Of a stretch of 64,000 bases of DNA, positions 8,943-19,152 are shown piece after piece; position 1 is the first letter of the stretch; each line of letters starts with the position of its first letter. A program made the position numbers and the translations under genes. Origin of the DNA: Candidatus Omnitrophota bacterium (GTDB lineage: Bacteria > Omnitrophota > Gorgyraeia > Gygaellales > Profunditerraquicolaceae); the NCBI GenBank assembly GCA_016208765.1, contig JACQXK010000065.1, positions 64,962 through 128,961 on the forward strand, written 5' to 3'. The notes under the pieces are model-generated. The model did not search any database. It worked only from the letters and a program-made list of their open reading frames with translations, and had not been told where the DNA came from.

Positions 8943-9987
8943 GAGGATAGTTATAAAGATAGGCTCCAGCTTGTTTTATTCAGACAAGAATAAGCTTGAT
9001 TGCAGCCTTTTGAGCTCTATTGCTGAGCAAATTTCTGAGCTGGTGAATAATGGCAGGGAAATTGTTATTGTTTCCTCGGGAGCAATTGCTTTGGGTATGT
9101 CGGTATTGCATCTGGACTCGCGCCCAAAAGACTTATCTATTTTGCAGGCAGCTGCTGCTATTGGCCAGCATGAATTGATGGATATCTATCGCAGGTTTCT
9201 TAAAGAAAATAATTTGAACTGTGCGCAGATCTTATTGACATGGGATGATTTTGATGACCGCCTGCGTTATTTAAATGCGAAGAATACTATTTTGTCACTT
9301 TTGAAGTTTAAAGCTATTCCGGTAATTAATGAGAATGATACAGTTTCAACTGACGAGATTAAGTTTGGAGATAATGATCGCCTTTCTGCAATGGTTGCGG
9401 CACTTGTGGGGGCGGATCTTTTAATTATTTTATCTGATGTGGACGGGCTCTTGGATAAAGATAGGAAATCCGTAATAAGTTTAGTTGAAAAGATCACTCC
9501 TCAGATCAAATCTCTTGCTTCACCTACGCAGAGAAAAACCAGCGTCGGAGGAATGATCGCAAAAATTGATGCCTGTCGCATTGGGGTTGACTCAGGGATC
9601 CCCTGCGTGATTGCAAACGGCAGAGAAAATAATATTATCAGCCTCTCGGTAAATAACCCTGGGGCCTGCGGCACCTTGTTTTTGCCAAAAAAAGATTATT
9701 TAGCCCAGAGATTGCGCTGGATCGCTTTTAGCGCCAAGCCAAAAGGCAGGATCATTGTTGACGATGGAGCAAAGAATGCCCTTCTAAATAAAAAAAGCCT
9801 TTTGTCTGTGGGCGTTGTTTCATTGCTGGGCGATTTTGAAACAGGGGATATTGTCAGCCTTGTTGATAAGCAGAATTTAGAATTTGCCCGCGGGCAATCC
9901 CGGATCTCAAGCATAGAATTGGAGCGGGTCAAGGGAAGCCGTTTTGACAAAGAAATTGTGCACAGGGATAATATCGTTATATTATGA
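8917..9987 (+). CDS. proB: glutamate 5-kinase with C-terminal PUA domain
   Basis: Amino-acid kinase motifs (IVIKIGSS, DRLSAMVAALVGADLLIILSDVDGL) and a C-terminal PUA-like region. TTG start. Confidence 0.9.
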   Translation: MKQLPKVYKRIVIKIGSSLFYSDKNKLDCSLLSSIAEQISELVNNGREIVIVSSGAIALGMSVLHLDSRPKDLSILQAAAAIGQHELMDIYRRFLKENNLNCAQILLTWDDFDDRLRYLNAKNTILSLLKFKAIPVINENDTVSTDEIKFGDNDRLSAMVAALVGADLLIILSDVDGLLDKDRKSVISLVEKITPQIKSLASPTQRKTSVGGMIAKIDACRIGVDSGIPCVIANGRENNIISLSVNNPGACGTLFLPKKDYLAQRLRWIAFSAKPKGRIIVDDGAKNALLNKKSLLSVGVVSLLGDFETGDIVSLVDKQNLEFARGQSRISSIELERVKGSRFDKEIVHRDNIVIL

Positions 9988-11246
9988 AAAATAACTTAAA
10001 ACAAAAGCTCATAAATATTGCCAAGCAGGCGCAGAAGGCAGCCCGGGCATTATCCGGTGTTTCTGAATCGGTTAAGAACGCCTGTTTATTGGATATGGCT
10101 TCAAGCCTGATGGAAAGAAGTGATTTTATTTTAGAGGCTAACAAGAAAGACGTGCGTAAAGCAAAAGCCGAAAAGCAAAAGAAAGCTTTTATTGACCGGC
10201 TCATTCTTGACGAGAAGCGTATCAAAGACATGTCTGATTCTCTGTCTGAGGTTGCAAAATTAAGCGACCCGGTAGGCGAGGTAATAAAAGCTTGGCGCAG
10301 GCCCAATGGCCTTTGGATACATAAAGTGCGGGTCCCGATAGGAGTAATTGCGATTATTTATGAGTCGCGTCCTAACGTAACCTCAGATTGCGTCGGGCTT
10401 ACTTTTAAATCGGGTAACAGCGTGATTCTGCGCGGAGGCAGTGAGTCTTTAAATTCAAATTTAGCTATTTTTGAAGTGCTTGAAGCAGTGTTGAAAAAGC
10501 ACGGCTTTGGCGAAGGGGTTATAAATATCGTTGATACAACTGACAGGCGCGCGATAGATGAGTTATTGAAGCTGCATGAATATATTGATGTAGTTATTCC
10601 GCGCGGGGGAGAAGGATTGATTAAGCGGGTAGTGGAATCGTCGCTTATTCCGGTGATCAAACACTATAAAGGTATTTGCCATGTTTATGTGGATGAATGG
10701 GCTGATTTAAATATGGCGCAGAATATCTGCTTTAATGCCAAGGTTCAGCGCCCCGGAGTATGTAATGCCATGGAGAGCATGCTTGTGAATCATGACGTGG
10801 CGGCAAGGTTTTTACCGGGGATGTTGAAGAAATTCAAGCAGGCAGGCGTTGAAATCCGCGGCTGCGAAATGACCCGCAAACTTGCAAAAGGCGTAAAAAA
10901 GGCAAGCAGCAAGGATTATGCAACTGAATATCTTGATTTGATCCTTTCTGTCAAAGTGGTTAAAGACATTCAGGAAGCCATTGATCATATTAATTGTTAT
11001 GGTTCGCGACATTCGGACAGCATTGTTACAGAGAACTATGAAAATGCGATGTTCTTTTTAAAGCAGGTTGATTCTGCCTGTGTTTATGTGAATGCTTCAA
11101 CGCGGTTTACCGACGGATATCAATTTGGATTAGGCGCTGAAATCGGGATCTCCACAGATAAACTGCATGCTCGTGGCCCGATGGCTCTTGAAGAACTGAC
11201 TACTTACAAATATATGGTGTTTGGTAACGGGCAAATAAGGGTATAA
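9984..11246 (+). CDS. proA: gamma-glutamyl phosphate reductase
   Basis: Aldehyde-dehydrogenase-family fold with ProA-specific motifs. 420 aa, follows proB with an ATGA overlap. Confidence 0.95.
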   Translation: MKNNLKQKLINIAKQAQKAARALSGVSESVKNACLLDMASSLMERSDFILEANKKDVRKAKAEKQKKAFIDRLILDEKRIKDMSDSLSEVAKLSDPVGEVIKAWRRPNGLWIHKVRVPIGVIAIIYESRPNVTSDCVGLTFKSGNSVILRGGSESLNSNLAIFEVLEAVLKKHGFGEGVINIVDTTDRRAIDELLKLHEYIDVVIPRGGEGLIKRVVESSLIPVIKHYKGICHVYVDEWADLNMAQNICFNAKVQRPGVCNAMESMLVNHDVAARFLPGMLKKFKQAGVEIRGCEMTRKLAKGVKKASSKDYATEYLDLILSVKVVKDIQEAIDHINCYGSRHSDSIVTENYENAMFFLKQVDSACVYVNASTRFTDGYQFGLGAEIGISTDKLHARGPMALEELTTYKYMVFGNGQIRV

Positions 11247-11247
11247 A

Positions 11248-11814
11248 ATGAAAATTGGTATTTTAGGCGGGACATTTAATCCGGTTCATATAGGGCATTT
11301 GATTTTAGCTGAAGAAGCCCGTGAGAAATTAGGGTTGGATAAAATTATTTTTGTTCCTGCGTTCCTGCCGCCGCATAAGGATGGCTCTGATGTGGCCCTT
11401 GCTAAACACAGGTTTAGTATGGTTAAGCTTGCGATTAAGGGCAATAAGTATTTTGTTGCCTCTGATATAGAAATAAAACGGGACGGGCGTTCATATACGA
11501 TTGATACAATTAAAGGATTTAAAAATAAATTTCCGCATGACGAGCTTTATTTTATTATTGGCTCAGATCTTTTAAAATATCTTGATGAGTGGAAAGACTT
11601 AAACGAAATCATAAAACTGGTTCGTTTCGTCGCAGCTACCCGCCCGGGATATCCTTTGGATAAGATCCCTTCTTACATTACCACTTTGCCGATAAGAGCA
11701 GTGGATGTATCGGCATTTGAGGTGCGTGAGTGTATCAGGGGGGATAAGTCGTTTCGTTATCTTGTGCCGGAAGCAGTGTTTGATTATATTAACAAACAAG
11801 GGCTTTACCAATGA
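11248..11814 (+). CDS. nadD: nicotinate-nucleotide adenylyltransferase
   Basis: GGTFNPVHIGHL (H/TxGH nucleotidyltransferase motif). 188 aa. Confidence 0.9.
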   Translation: MKIGILGGTFNPVHIGHLILAEEAREKLGLDKIIFVPAFLPPHKDGSDVALAKHRFSMVKLAIKGNKYFVASDIEIKRDGRSYTIDTIKGFKNKFPHDELYFIIGSDLLKYLDEWKDLNEIIKLVRFVAATRPGYPLDKIPSYITTLPIRAVDVSAFEVRECIRGDKSFRYLVPEAVFDYINKQGLYQ

Positions 11815-12455
11815 AAATAAAAGTTGCGCCTTCAATTTTGTCTGCTGATTTTAGCTGCCTGGCAGAAGAAGTTAAGAGGGTAGAGAATGCCGGTGCGGAT
11901 TTGATCCACGTGGATGTGATGGACGGTCATTTTGTTCCAAATATTACCATCGGCCCGCTTGTAGTCAGGGCGCTGCGTAAAATTACCGCGCTTCCTTTGG
12001 ATGTGCATCTTATGATTGAAAATCCTCAGAAGTACGTTGATAGGTTTATTGAAGCGGGAAGCAATATGATTACTATGCACATTGAGACCATTGATGTTGG
12101 GTCTTTTAAAAAACTGGCCGGGGATTTAAGAAATAGAAAAGTTTTAACAGGTGTTTCATTAAATCCTGATACCGGCCTTGAGAAAATTAAACCTGTGCTT
12201 GGTGATGTGGATTTTGTTCTGGTGATGTCTGTTTTTCCTGGGTTTGGAGGACAGGAATTTATCCAGGCCTCAGTTGAAAAGATTAAACAGCTTCGCGCGA
12301 TTTTTAAGGGAGATATATCTGTTGACGGAGGTATCAACGATAATACAGCAAAACAAGCAATTGCAGCAGGAGCAAATATTCTTGCCGCAGGTTCCTATAT
12401 TTTCGCAGCAAAAGACGTTAAACAAGCGATAGAAAGGATAAGGCATGGCAACTAA
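11811..12455 (+). CDS. rpe: ribulose-phosphate 3-epimerase
   Basis: PSILSADF...HVDVMDGHFVPN motif. 214 aa. Confidence 0.95.
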   Translation: MKIKVAPSILSADFSCLAEEVKRVENAGADLIHVDVMDGHFVPNITIGPLVVRALRKITALPLDVHLMIENPQKYVDRFIEAGSNMITMHIETIDVGSFKKLAGDLRNRKVLTGVSLNPDTGLEKIKPVLGDVDFVLVMSVFPGFGGQEFIQASVEKIKQLRAIFKGDISVDGGINDNTAKQAIAAGANILAAGSYIFAAKDVKQAIERIRHGN

Positions 12456-13827
12456 TAAAGAAATTTCATTCGGGACTGACGGCTGGAGAGGCATTATTGC
12501 CGATAACTATACTTTTAAAAACCTGAAAATTGTTTCTCAGGCAGTAGCTGACTATATGGGTAGCGGTAAGAAAATCGTAGTCGGATTTGATACTCGCTTT
12601 ATGTCGGGAATATTCGCCCAGATTGCGGCAAATGTGTTTAGTGCCAATGGAATGGAGGTTGTTCTTTCTGACCGCCCTACTCCGACGCCTACTTTAAGTT
12701 TTGCCGTAAAAACCAAGAAATTTGATTTAGGTATTATGATTACCGCATCGCATAATCCTGCTGAATATAATGGTTTTAAAATTAAAAATGCATCCGGAGG
12801 CGCTGCTGCAAAGGAAGTAACCAATGCGGTTGAGACCTTATTGGGAAAGAGCCCTGTAAAAGATGGGCCTTCTGAGCAAACACCAGTGAAAAAAGAAGAT
12901 TTAACCAAGGCATATGTGAAATTTATCCGTTCATACATTGACCTAAAGAAGATCAAGTCAAAAAAGTTTAAGGTGTTGGTGGATTCTATGTATGGTTCAG
13001 GAGACAGCTTTATTGCCGAAGTGCTCAAGGGGACGAATATAAAACTTGAGTTTATGCGTAACACTATTAACCCTTCATTTGACGGGAAGCGCCCGGAGCC
13101 GGTGGAGGATAATTTGAGTGTATTAAAAGAAAGAGTAAAAAAGGAGAAATTTGATTTAGGAATTGCCCTTGATGGAGATGCAGACAGGATTGCGGCAGTT
13201 GCTCCCGGAGGAGTTTTTATCCATCCGCAAAAAATACTGGGTTTACTCGCTTTGCATTTAAATCAGGACAGGGGTTGGAGCGGCGGGATCGTAAAGACGA
13301 TCTGCGGCACGACCATGATTGATAATATTGCAAGTTTCTTGAATGTAAAATTATATGAGACTCCTGTTGGTTTTAAATATATTTCCAATCTTATGGAAAC
13401 ACAAGATGTAGTCGCCGGTGGAGAGGAAGCAGGCGGCATGGGCGTAAAAGGGTATATTCCCGAGAGAGATGGCACAGTAGCGGGTTTATTGCTTTTAGAA
13501 ATGATGGTTTATCGCAACAAAGATATTTTAAAGATTTTAAATGAGACTGAAAAGAAATTTGGCAAATATTATTATGTGCGCGATGATCTGCATTTATCGC
13601 ACAGGGTTGAGCCAAAGAAAGAAAATTTACCTACTGAATTACTGGGGAAAAAAGTTATTGAAATTAAAGATTATGATGGAATTAAGCTGATTTGCGAAGA
13701 CCAGAGCTGGCTTATGTTCCGTGGTTCAGGGACAGAGCCGATCATGCGCTTGTATGCTGAAGCAAAAAGTTTAATTCAGGCAAAGAAACTTTTAGCGCTT
13801 GGCAGGGAAATTATCCTTAAGGAATGA
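12445..13827 (+). CDS. phosphomannomutase/phosphoglucomutase family protein
   Basis: Active-site TASHNPAEYNGFK phosphoserine loop with a four-domain length of 460 aa. TASHNP favours PMM/PGM over GlmM. Confidence 0.85.
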   Translation: MATNKEISFGTDGWRGIIADNYTFKNLKIVSQAVADYMGSGKKIVVGFDTRFMSGIFAQIAANVFSANGMEVVLSDRPTPTPTLSFAVKTKKFDLGIMITASHNPAEYNGFKIKNASGGAAAKEVTNAVETLLGKSPVKDGPSEQTPVKKEDLTKAYVKFIRSYIDLKKIKSKKFKVLVDSMYGSGDSFIAEVLKGTNIKLEFMRNTINPSFDGKRPEPVEDNLSVLKERVKKEKFDLGIALDGDADRIAAVAPGGVFIHPQKILGLLALHLNQDRGWSGGIVKTICGTTMIDNIASFLNVKLYETPVGFKYISNLMETQDVVAGGEEAGGMGVKGYIPERDGTVAGLLLLEMMVYRNKDILKILNETEKKFGKYYYVRDDLHLSHRVEPKKENLPTELLGKKVIEIKDYDGIKLICEDQSWLMFRGSGTEPIMRLYAEAKSLIQAKKLLALGREIILKE

Positions 13828-14432
13828 TTTATAGTATTTCAAAATTTATTTTTTTTGTTCTTTGTAAATTATTTTTTGGGGTGACGGCAGAAGGCGTAGA
13901 GCATATCCCCAAGAAAAGCGGTTTTATTTTGGCAAGTAACCATGTCAGTTATCTTGACCCGGCGTTAGTTGGTATATTTTGTTCAAAACGCCTGAGTTTC
14001 ATGGCACGGGAAAGCCTTTTTGAAAATCCGGTTTTAGGATGGTGGTGTTCTGCTGTCGGGGTCATCCCAATAAAAAGAAATACTGCGGACTTAAGCGCTT
14101 TAAAAGAGGCAATGCGCCGCCTTAAAAACGGTGAAGGCATAGTTTTGTTTCCTGAGGGGACACGTCAGCATAATGGGGGATCTTTTGGCAAGCCTCTTGC
14201 AGGAGTAGGATTTTTGGCAGAGAAGCTTGGTTCTCCGGTTGTTCCGGTTTATGTTCAGGGATCTGAAAATGCCGCGCCGAAAGGGACAAAATTATTCCGG
14301 ATTACTAAAATTAGTGTTTATTATGGCAAGCCTTTTTATGTTAAAGAAGGTATGGAACATCAACAAGCGGCAGATTTGATTATGGGTGAAATTAAACAAC
14401 TTGCTGCTTTGCATCAACAGAAGGTACAATAA
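13824..14432 (+). CDS. plsC: 1-acyl-sn-glycerol-3-phosphate acyltransferase
   Basis: NHVSYLDP (HX4D) and FPEGTR motifs. Confidence 0.85.
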   Translation: MIYSISKFIFFVLCKLFFGVTAEGVEHIPKKSGFILASNHVSYLDPALVGIFCSKRLSFMARESLFENPVLGWWCSAVGVIPIKRNTADLSALKEAMRRLKNGEGIVLFPEGTRQHNGGSFGKPLAGVGFLAEKLGSPVVPVYVQGSENAAPKGTKLFRITKISVYYGKPFYVKEGMEHQQAADLIMGEIKQLAALHQQKVQ

Positions 14433-14474
14433 AATTCCTAATGAAGGGGGGTTTTAAACAAGTTCAGTGTTGGG

Positions 14475-14524
14475 AAAAATAAAAATTAAAAATAAAATAA
14501 AATAAAATAAAAATAAAGGAGAGT
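14475..14524 (+). promoter_or_regulatory. A-rich (AAAAT)n leader and SD of rpsA
   Basis: Tract aaaataaaaattaaaaataaaataaaataaaataaaaataaaggagag directly before the rpsA ATG. S1 is known to autoregulate through A/U-rich leaders. Confidence 0.35.
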
Positions 14525-14531
14525 TATTAAA

Positions 14532-16073
14532 ATGGCAACTGTAAAGAGTGAATTAGAGGAGTTGTATAATCAAAGTATTAAGCTAATAAAAGAGGGCCAG
14601 GTGGTAACTGGCAAGATCGTTTCTATAAGGCCAAAAGAGGTTTTGGTTGATGTCGGGTTTAAATCAGAAGGCGTTGTCCCGATCACCGAGTTTACACAAG
14701 GCGATTTGGAAGTCGGTAAGGAAGTAGAATTCTTGATTGATTCTATTGAAAACGATGCCGGGATGATCGTGTTATCCCGTGAAAAGGCTGTGCGTATGCA
14801 GGGTTGGGACAAGATTGTAAAATTGTCTCAAGAAGGCGAACTGGTTGAGGGAAGGCCTGTAAAGAAGGTAAAGGGCGGGTTCCTTGTAGAGGTAATGGGA
14901 ATTGAAGGATTCTTACCGTCTTCACTTTCTGCATTTAAGGGAGTGTCTGAAAGAGACATTCTTTTTAAATATTTTAAGTTTAAGATCGTAAAGATCAATA
15001 ACTTAAGAAGAAGCCTTATTGTCAGCCGTCGCGAAGCAGTGCAAAAAGAAAAAGAAGTAGCTAAGGACAAGATTTGGCAGGATCTAAAGATTGGCCAGAA
15101 TTATCCCGGCACTGTTAAAGCAATTACTGATTTCGGAGCTTTTATTGATTTGGGCGGAGTGGACGGGCTATTGCATATTACTGATATGTCGTGGTCAAAG
15201 ATTGCTCATCCATCTGAGATTGTGGCAATTGGAGATAAGATTGAAGTAATGGTGTTGAACTTGGATAAAGAATCAGGAAAGGTTTCTCTGGGGCTCAAGC
15301 AAAGGCTTCCTGATCCCTGGCAGGATATTGCAAACAAGTTTAATGTGGGATTGAAGATCAAGGGTAAGGTTGTAAATATTTTGCCTTACGGAGTTTTTGT
15401 GGAATTGGAAAAGGGGATTGAAGGCTTGATCCATGTTTCTGAGATTTCCTGGACCAAGAGAGTGAATAATCCGGGCGAAATGTTTGCTATCGGAGACATG
15501 GTAGAAACGCAGGTTTTAAGTATTGATAAAGATGGCCGCAGGATTTCACTTAGCTTAAAGCAGCTTGAATCAAATCCGTGGATTGATGCGGAATCAAAGT
15601 ATCCGGTGGGCACAAAAATAAGCGGTAAGGTCAGAGGTTTTACTGAATATGGCGCTTTTGTGGAATTAGACAGCAACCTTGAAGGGATGATCCACGTTTC
15701 CGATCTTTCATGGACAAAGCGTGTGCCGCATCCTCAGAATGTTTTGAAAAAAGGGCAAAAGGTTGATGTGGTTGTGCTTTCTGTTGATTCTCAGAATCGC
15801 AGGATTGCTCTTGGCCTTAAACAGCTGCAGCCTAATCCATGGGTTGAAATCGCTGCAAAATACCCGCTGGATACAGTTTTAGAGGCTGAGGTTGTAAGTG
15901 TTACTGAGTTTGGTGTGTTTGTCAAGATTGAAGACGAACTTGAAGGCTTGATTTATGCCAGCGAGATTGACAAAGATGCCGCGGCAAAGTTGAATGCCGG
16001 GGAGACAATTAAGGTCAAGGTAATTAAGGTTGATGTGGAACAGGCAAAAATCGGCCTGACCTCAAAAATATAA
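14532..16073 (+). CDS. rpsA: 30S ribosomal protein S1
   Basis: Multiple tandem S1 domains (repeated G..V.G.V..I..FGAFV..). 513 aa. Confidence 0.95.
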   Translation: MATVKSELEELYNQSIKLIKEGQVVTGKIVSIRPKEVLVDVGFKSEGVVPITEFTQGDLEVGKEVEFLIDSIENDAGMIVLSREKAVRMQGWDKIVKLSQEGELVEGRPVKKVKGGFLVEVMGIEGFLPSSLSAFKGVSERDILFKYFKFKIVKINNLRRSLIVSRREAVQKEKEVAKDKIWQDLKIGQNYPGTVKAITDFGAFIDLGGVDGLLHITDMSWSKIAHPSEIVAIGDKIEVMVLNLDKESGKVSLGLKQRLPDPWQDIANKFNVGLKIKGKVVNILPYGVFVELEKGIEGLIHVSEISWTKRVNNPGEMFAIGDMVETQVLSIDKDGRRISLSLKQLESNPWIDAESKYPVGTKISGKVRGFTEYGAFVELDSNLEGMIHVSDLSWTKRVPHPQNVLKKGQKVDVVVLSVDSQNRRIALGLKQLQPNPWVEIAAKYPLDTVLEAEVVSVTEFGVFVKIEDELEGLIYASEIDKDAAAKLNAGETIKVKVIKVDVEQAKIGLTSKI

Positions 16074-16089
16074 AAGGTAATTGAGTTAT

Positions 16090-17256
16090 ATGGATATTGA
16101 AAAACAATTAGAGATAATTAAGCGCGGGGCTGCGGGAATAATTTCTGAAGCTGAATTAAGAAAGAAGTTAGAGCTAAGCCTAAAATCAAATAAGCCGCTT
16201 GTGATTAAGGCTGGATTTGATCCGACAGCCCCGGATATCCATTTGGGGCATACCGTGCTTCTGAGGAAGCTGCGGCAGTTCCAGGATTTAGGCCATCAGG
16301 TAGTTTTTTTAATTGGTGATTTTACAGCCCGGATAGGGGATCCTACCGGAAGAAACGAGAAAAGAAAACAGTTGAATAAAGAGGATGTTCTAAAAAACTC
16401 CGAGACTTATAAAAAGCAGGTTTCTAAAATCCTTGATTTGTCAAAACTTAAAATAGTATTTAACAGCGAATGGTTTGAACAGATGTCGGTTTTGGATATT
16501 CTTCACTTAACGACCCACGCCACTGTTTCTCAGATTCTTGCAAGAGAAGATTTCAGGAATCGCATGGCAAAGAATGAGGATATTTCGGTAACTGAATTTA
16601 TGTACCCTTTATTGCAGGGTTATGATTCGGTCAAACTTTCAGCTGATATTGAGCTTGGAGGCACTGACCAGATTTTTAATCTTCTAATGGGTCGCGACAT
16701 CCAGAAAGACCTAATGCTTGAGCAGCAGGTAGTCATTACTATGCCGCTATTAGAGGGCACAGACGGCGTGCAGAAGATGAGCAAATCCTTTGGTAATTAT
16801 ATCGGCATCAATGAGGCGCCTGGTGAGATGTTTGGTAAGATCATGTCCATTTCCGACGAGTTGATGCATAAATATTATACGCTTCTTACTGATGAAGACT
16901 TGGCAGATATTAAAGCCATGCACCCTAAAGAGGCAAAGTTAAAACTTGCTCAAATGATCGTTGCTCAGTATCATGGTGTGGATGCCGGAGTAAAGGCAAA
17001 GGAGGGATTTGAGCAGGTCTTTAGCCAAAAAGAACTGCCTCAGGATATGCCTGCGTATCAACTTAAAGAAAAGCAAAATGTATTGGATGTTATCATTGAA
17101 AATCATTTGGTTTCTTCTAAGAATGAAGCAAGGCGCCTGATTGCGCAGGGAGGGGTTTATTTAGACGGAGAGCGCATTGATAAAGAAGATGTTGTTTTAG
17201 ATAAGCCGGGAGTGCTTAAGGTAGGGAAAAGGCGGTTTCTGAAACTGGAAATTTAA
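16090..17256 (+). CDS. tyrS: tyrosine--tRNA ligase
   Basis: HLGH and KMSKS class I motifs with a C-terminal S4 domain. The ATG at 16090 aligns with TyrS N-termini. The track start at 16081 is TTG. Confidence 0.95.
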   Translation: MDIEKQLEIIKRGAAGIISEAELRKKLELSLKSNKPLVIKAGFDPTAPDIHLGHTVLLRKLRQFQDLGHQVVFLIGDFTARIGDPTGRNEKRKQLNKEDVLKNSETYKKQVSKILDLSKLKIVFNSEWFEQMSVLDILHLTTHATVSQILAREDFRNRMAKNEDISVTEFMYPLLQGYDSVKLSADIELGGTDQIFNLLMGRDIQKDLMLEQQVVITMPLLEGTDGVQKMSKSFGNYIGINEAPGEMFGKIMSISDELMHKYYTLLTDEDLADIKAMHPKEAKLKLAQMIVAQYHGVDAGVKAKEGFEQVFSQKELPQDMPAYQLKEKQNVLDVIIENHLVSSKNEARRLIAQGGVYLDGERIDKEDVVLDKPGVLKVGKRRFLKLEI

Positions 17257-17262
17257 TTGCGC

Positions 17263-18270
17263 ATGAGAACAAATACTGGTTACTCAGTGGATGAGTTTAA
17301 CCGCCTGATTATTAGGCGCAAAAATAAAAAGTTAGTTGCCGACGGAAGGTTTTCCTTGGATAAAAATAACCGGCTTTCTTACTGGCTTAATGAACCTGAA
17401 TCGTGGATTAAAGAAAACAGCCTTTCAAGAAAGGTTTCCTTTAAAGGCTTCTGGCAGCTTGATTCAAATCACGATTTGGTTTTAAACTTATCAAAGTCTG
17501 CGCAGACAAAAGCTGGTTATCTTGTTCTTAAGGGTAATATTATCTCTGCGCAAAATAATATCTTAGCTTTTGAAATAGCAAGTTTGGATAAACGCGGCAA
17601 TTCACATATACAGATTTTACAGTTAGGCGGTTATTGGCAGCAGGATGCTTTTAACCGCCTTTGTTTTGTGCTTTCTAAGAAACTTTCTCCTGATATATTG
17701 GTTTTTGAAGGTGCCTGGGAATTGGATAAAAACCAACAGATAGTTTACTCATACCAAAAAACTCAGCTTAAGAGAAAAACAAAAGTAGTACACACGCTTT
17801 CTTTCTCGGGATACTGGCAAATTACTCAAAAAAATAGGCTCGTTTATATTTTATCCAGAAATTCCAATTCACAGTTTACTTTTTGCGTTCAACTGGATTC
17901 TCCTAATATTTATCCGCAGGACGGTTTGATCAAATACCGTTTAGGCATAGGTATAAAAGGCAGCAAGCTTTATAAAGATAGAAGTATTATTCTTTACGGC
18001 AGTTGGAAATTTAGCCGAGCGCTGGGTTTGATTTTTGAGATAGATTATGGCCCCGGTAAAAACAGGGCAATTGATTTTGGAATTGAAGCTACTTTAACCA
18101 AAAAAGATAAAGTTGTTTGCATGTTAAAGAATAAAAAAGGGGAGCGTTTGGGGATTAGCATAACTCTTACGCATAAACTTCTTAGAAGTAATGATGCTCA
18201 GGCGTTTATAAGGTTAAAGTGTTTAGAAGAGGAGTCAGGGATAGAGGCAGGAGTTGAGGTGCCTTTTTAA
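17263..18270 (+). CDS. hypothetical protein with about six internal approx 48-aa repeats (G-aromatic-W...N.L.F.L)
   Basis: Repeated segments FKGFWQLDSNHDLVLNL, GGYWQQDAFNRLCFVL, EGAWELDKNQQIVYSY, SGYWQITQKNRLVYIL and YGSWKFSRALGLIFEI. No recognisable enzyme motif. Confidence 0.5.
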   Translation: MRTNTGYSVDEFNRLIIRRKNKKLVADGRFSLDKNNRLSYWLNEPESWIKENSLSRKVSFKGFWQLDSNHDLVLNLSKSAQTKAGYLVLKGNIISAQNNILAFEIASLDKRGNSHIQILQLGGYWQQDAFNRLCFVLSKKLSPDILVFEGAWELDKNQQIVYSYQKTQLKRKTKVVHTLSFSGYWQITQKNRLVYILSRNSNSQFTFCVQLDSPNIYPQDGLIKYRLGIGIKGSKLYKDRSIILYGSWKFSRALGLIFEIDYGPGKNRAIDFGIEATLTKKDKVVCMLKNKKGERLGISITLTHKLLRSNDAQAFIRLKCLEEESGIEAGVEVPF

Positions 18271-18282
18271 AGGAGACATGAA

Positions 18283-19152
18283 ATGAAAGGGATAATTTTA
18301 GCAGGTGGAAAAGCTACGCGGTTATATCCGATCACCAAGGGTGTTTGTAAACAATTGCTGCCGGTGTATGATAAGCCGATGATTTATTATCCGCTTTCTG
18401 TGTTGATGTTAGCCGGGATAACAGAGATATTAGTGATTTCAACTCCAAAAGATTTGCCGCGTTTTCAGGATCTGTTAGGCGACGGAAGCGAATTGGGCCT
18501 TAAAATATCTTATGCCGGACAGCCAAAACCTGCAGGAATAGCCCAAAGTTTTATTATTGCAGAAGAATTTATCGGCAAGGACAAGGTTTGTTTAATTTTA
18601 GGGGATAATATCTTTTTCGGGCATAACCTGACTCAATTACTTAGCGAAGCTGCAGCGCTAAAGGATGGTGCCTGTATTTTTGGTTACTATGTTAAAGACC
18701 CTCAGCGTTACGGGGTGGTTGAGTTTGACAAAAAGTGCAGGGTAATTTCTATTGAAGAAAAGCCAAAGAAACCCAAATCCAAGTGGGCAGTATCCGGGCT
18801 TTATTTTTACGATAACAAAGTTGTTGATATAGCAAAGAAGGTTAAGCCTTCAGCAAGAGGAGAATTGGAAATTACTTCGGTAAATAACGCCTATATTAAA
18901 ATGGGTAAATTAAAGGCAAAGTTTCTCGGCCGAGGGCATGCCTGGCTTGATACGGGAACATATGATTCTTTGATTGATGCCTCAACATTTATCAAAACTA
19001 TTGAGGAGAGGCAGGGGCTAAAGGTGGGCTGTGTTGAAGAGATCGCATATCGTTCTGGATACATTAATAAAAATAAATTACTCAAGCTTGCACAGAAGAT
19101 CCCTACATCTTACGGTGAATATCTAAAAAGGCTGATACAAGATGAAATCTAA
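18283..19152 (+). CDS. rfbA: glucose-1-phosphate thymidylyltransferase
   Basis: [18 protein letters not shown]...[16 protein letters not shown] is the RmlA signature. Confidence 0.9.
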   Translation: MKGIILAGGKATRLYPITKGVCKQLLPVYDKPMIYYPLSVLMLAGITEILVISTPKDLPRFQDLLGDGSELGLKISYAGQPKPAGIAQSFIIAEEFIGKDKVCLILGDNIFFGHNLTQLLSEAAALKDGACIFGYYVKDPQRYGVVEFDKKCRVISIEEKPKKPKSKWAVSGLYFYDNKVVDIAKKVKPSARGELEITSVNNAYIKMGKLKAKFLGRGHAWLDTGTYDSLIDASTFIKTIEERQGLKVGCVEEIAYRSGYINKNKLLKLAQKIPTSYGEYLKRLIQDEI

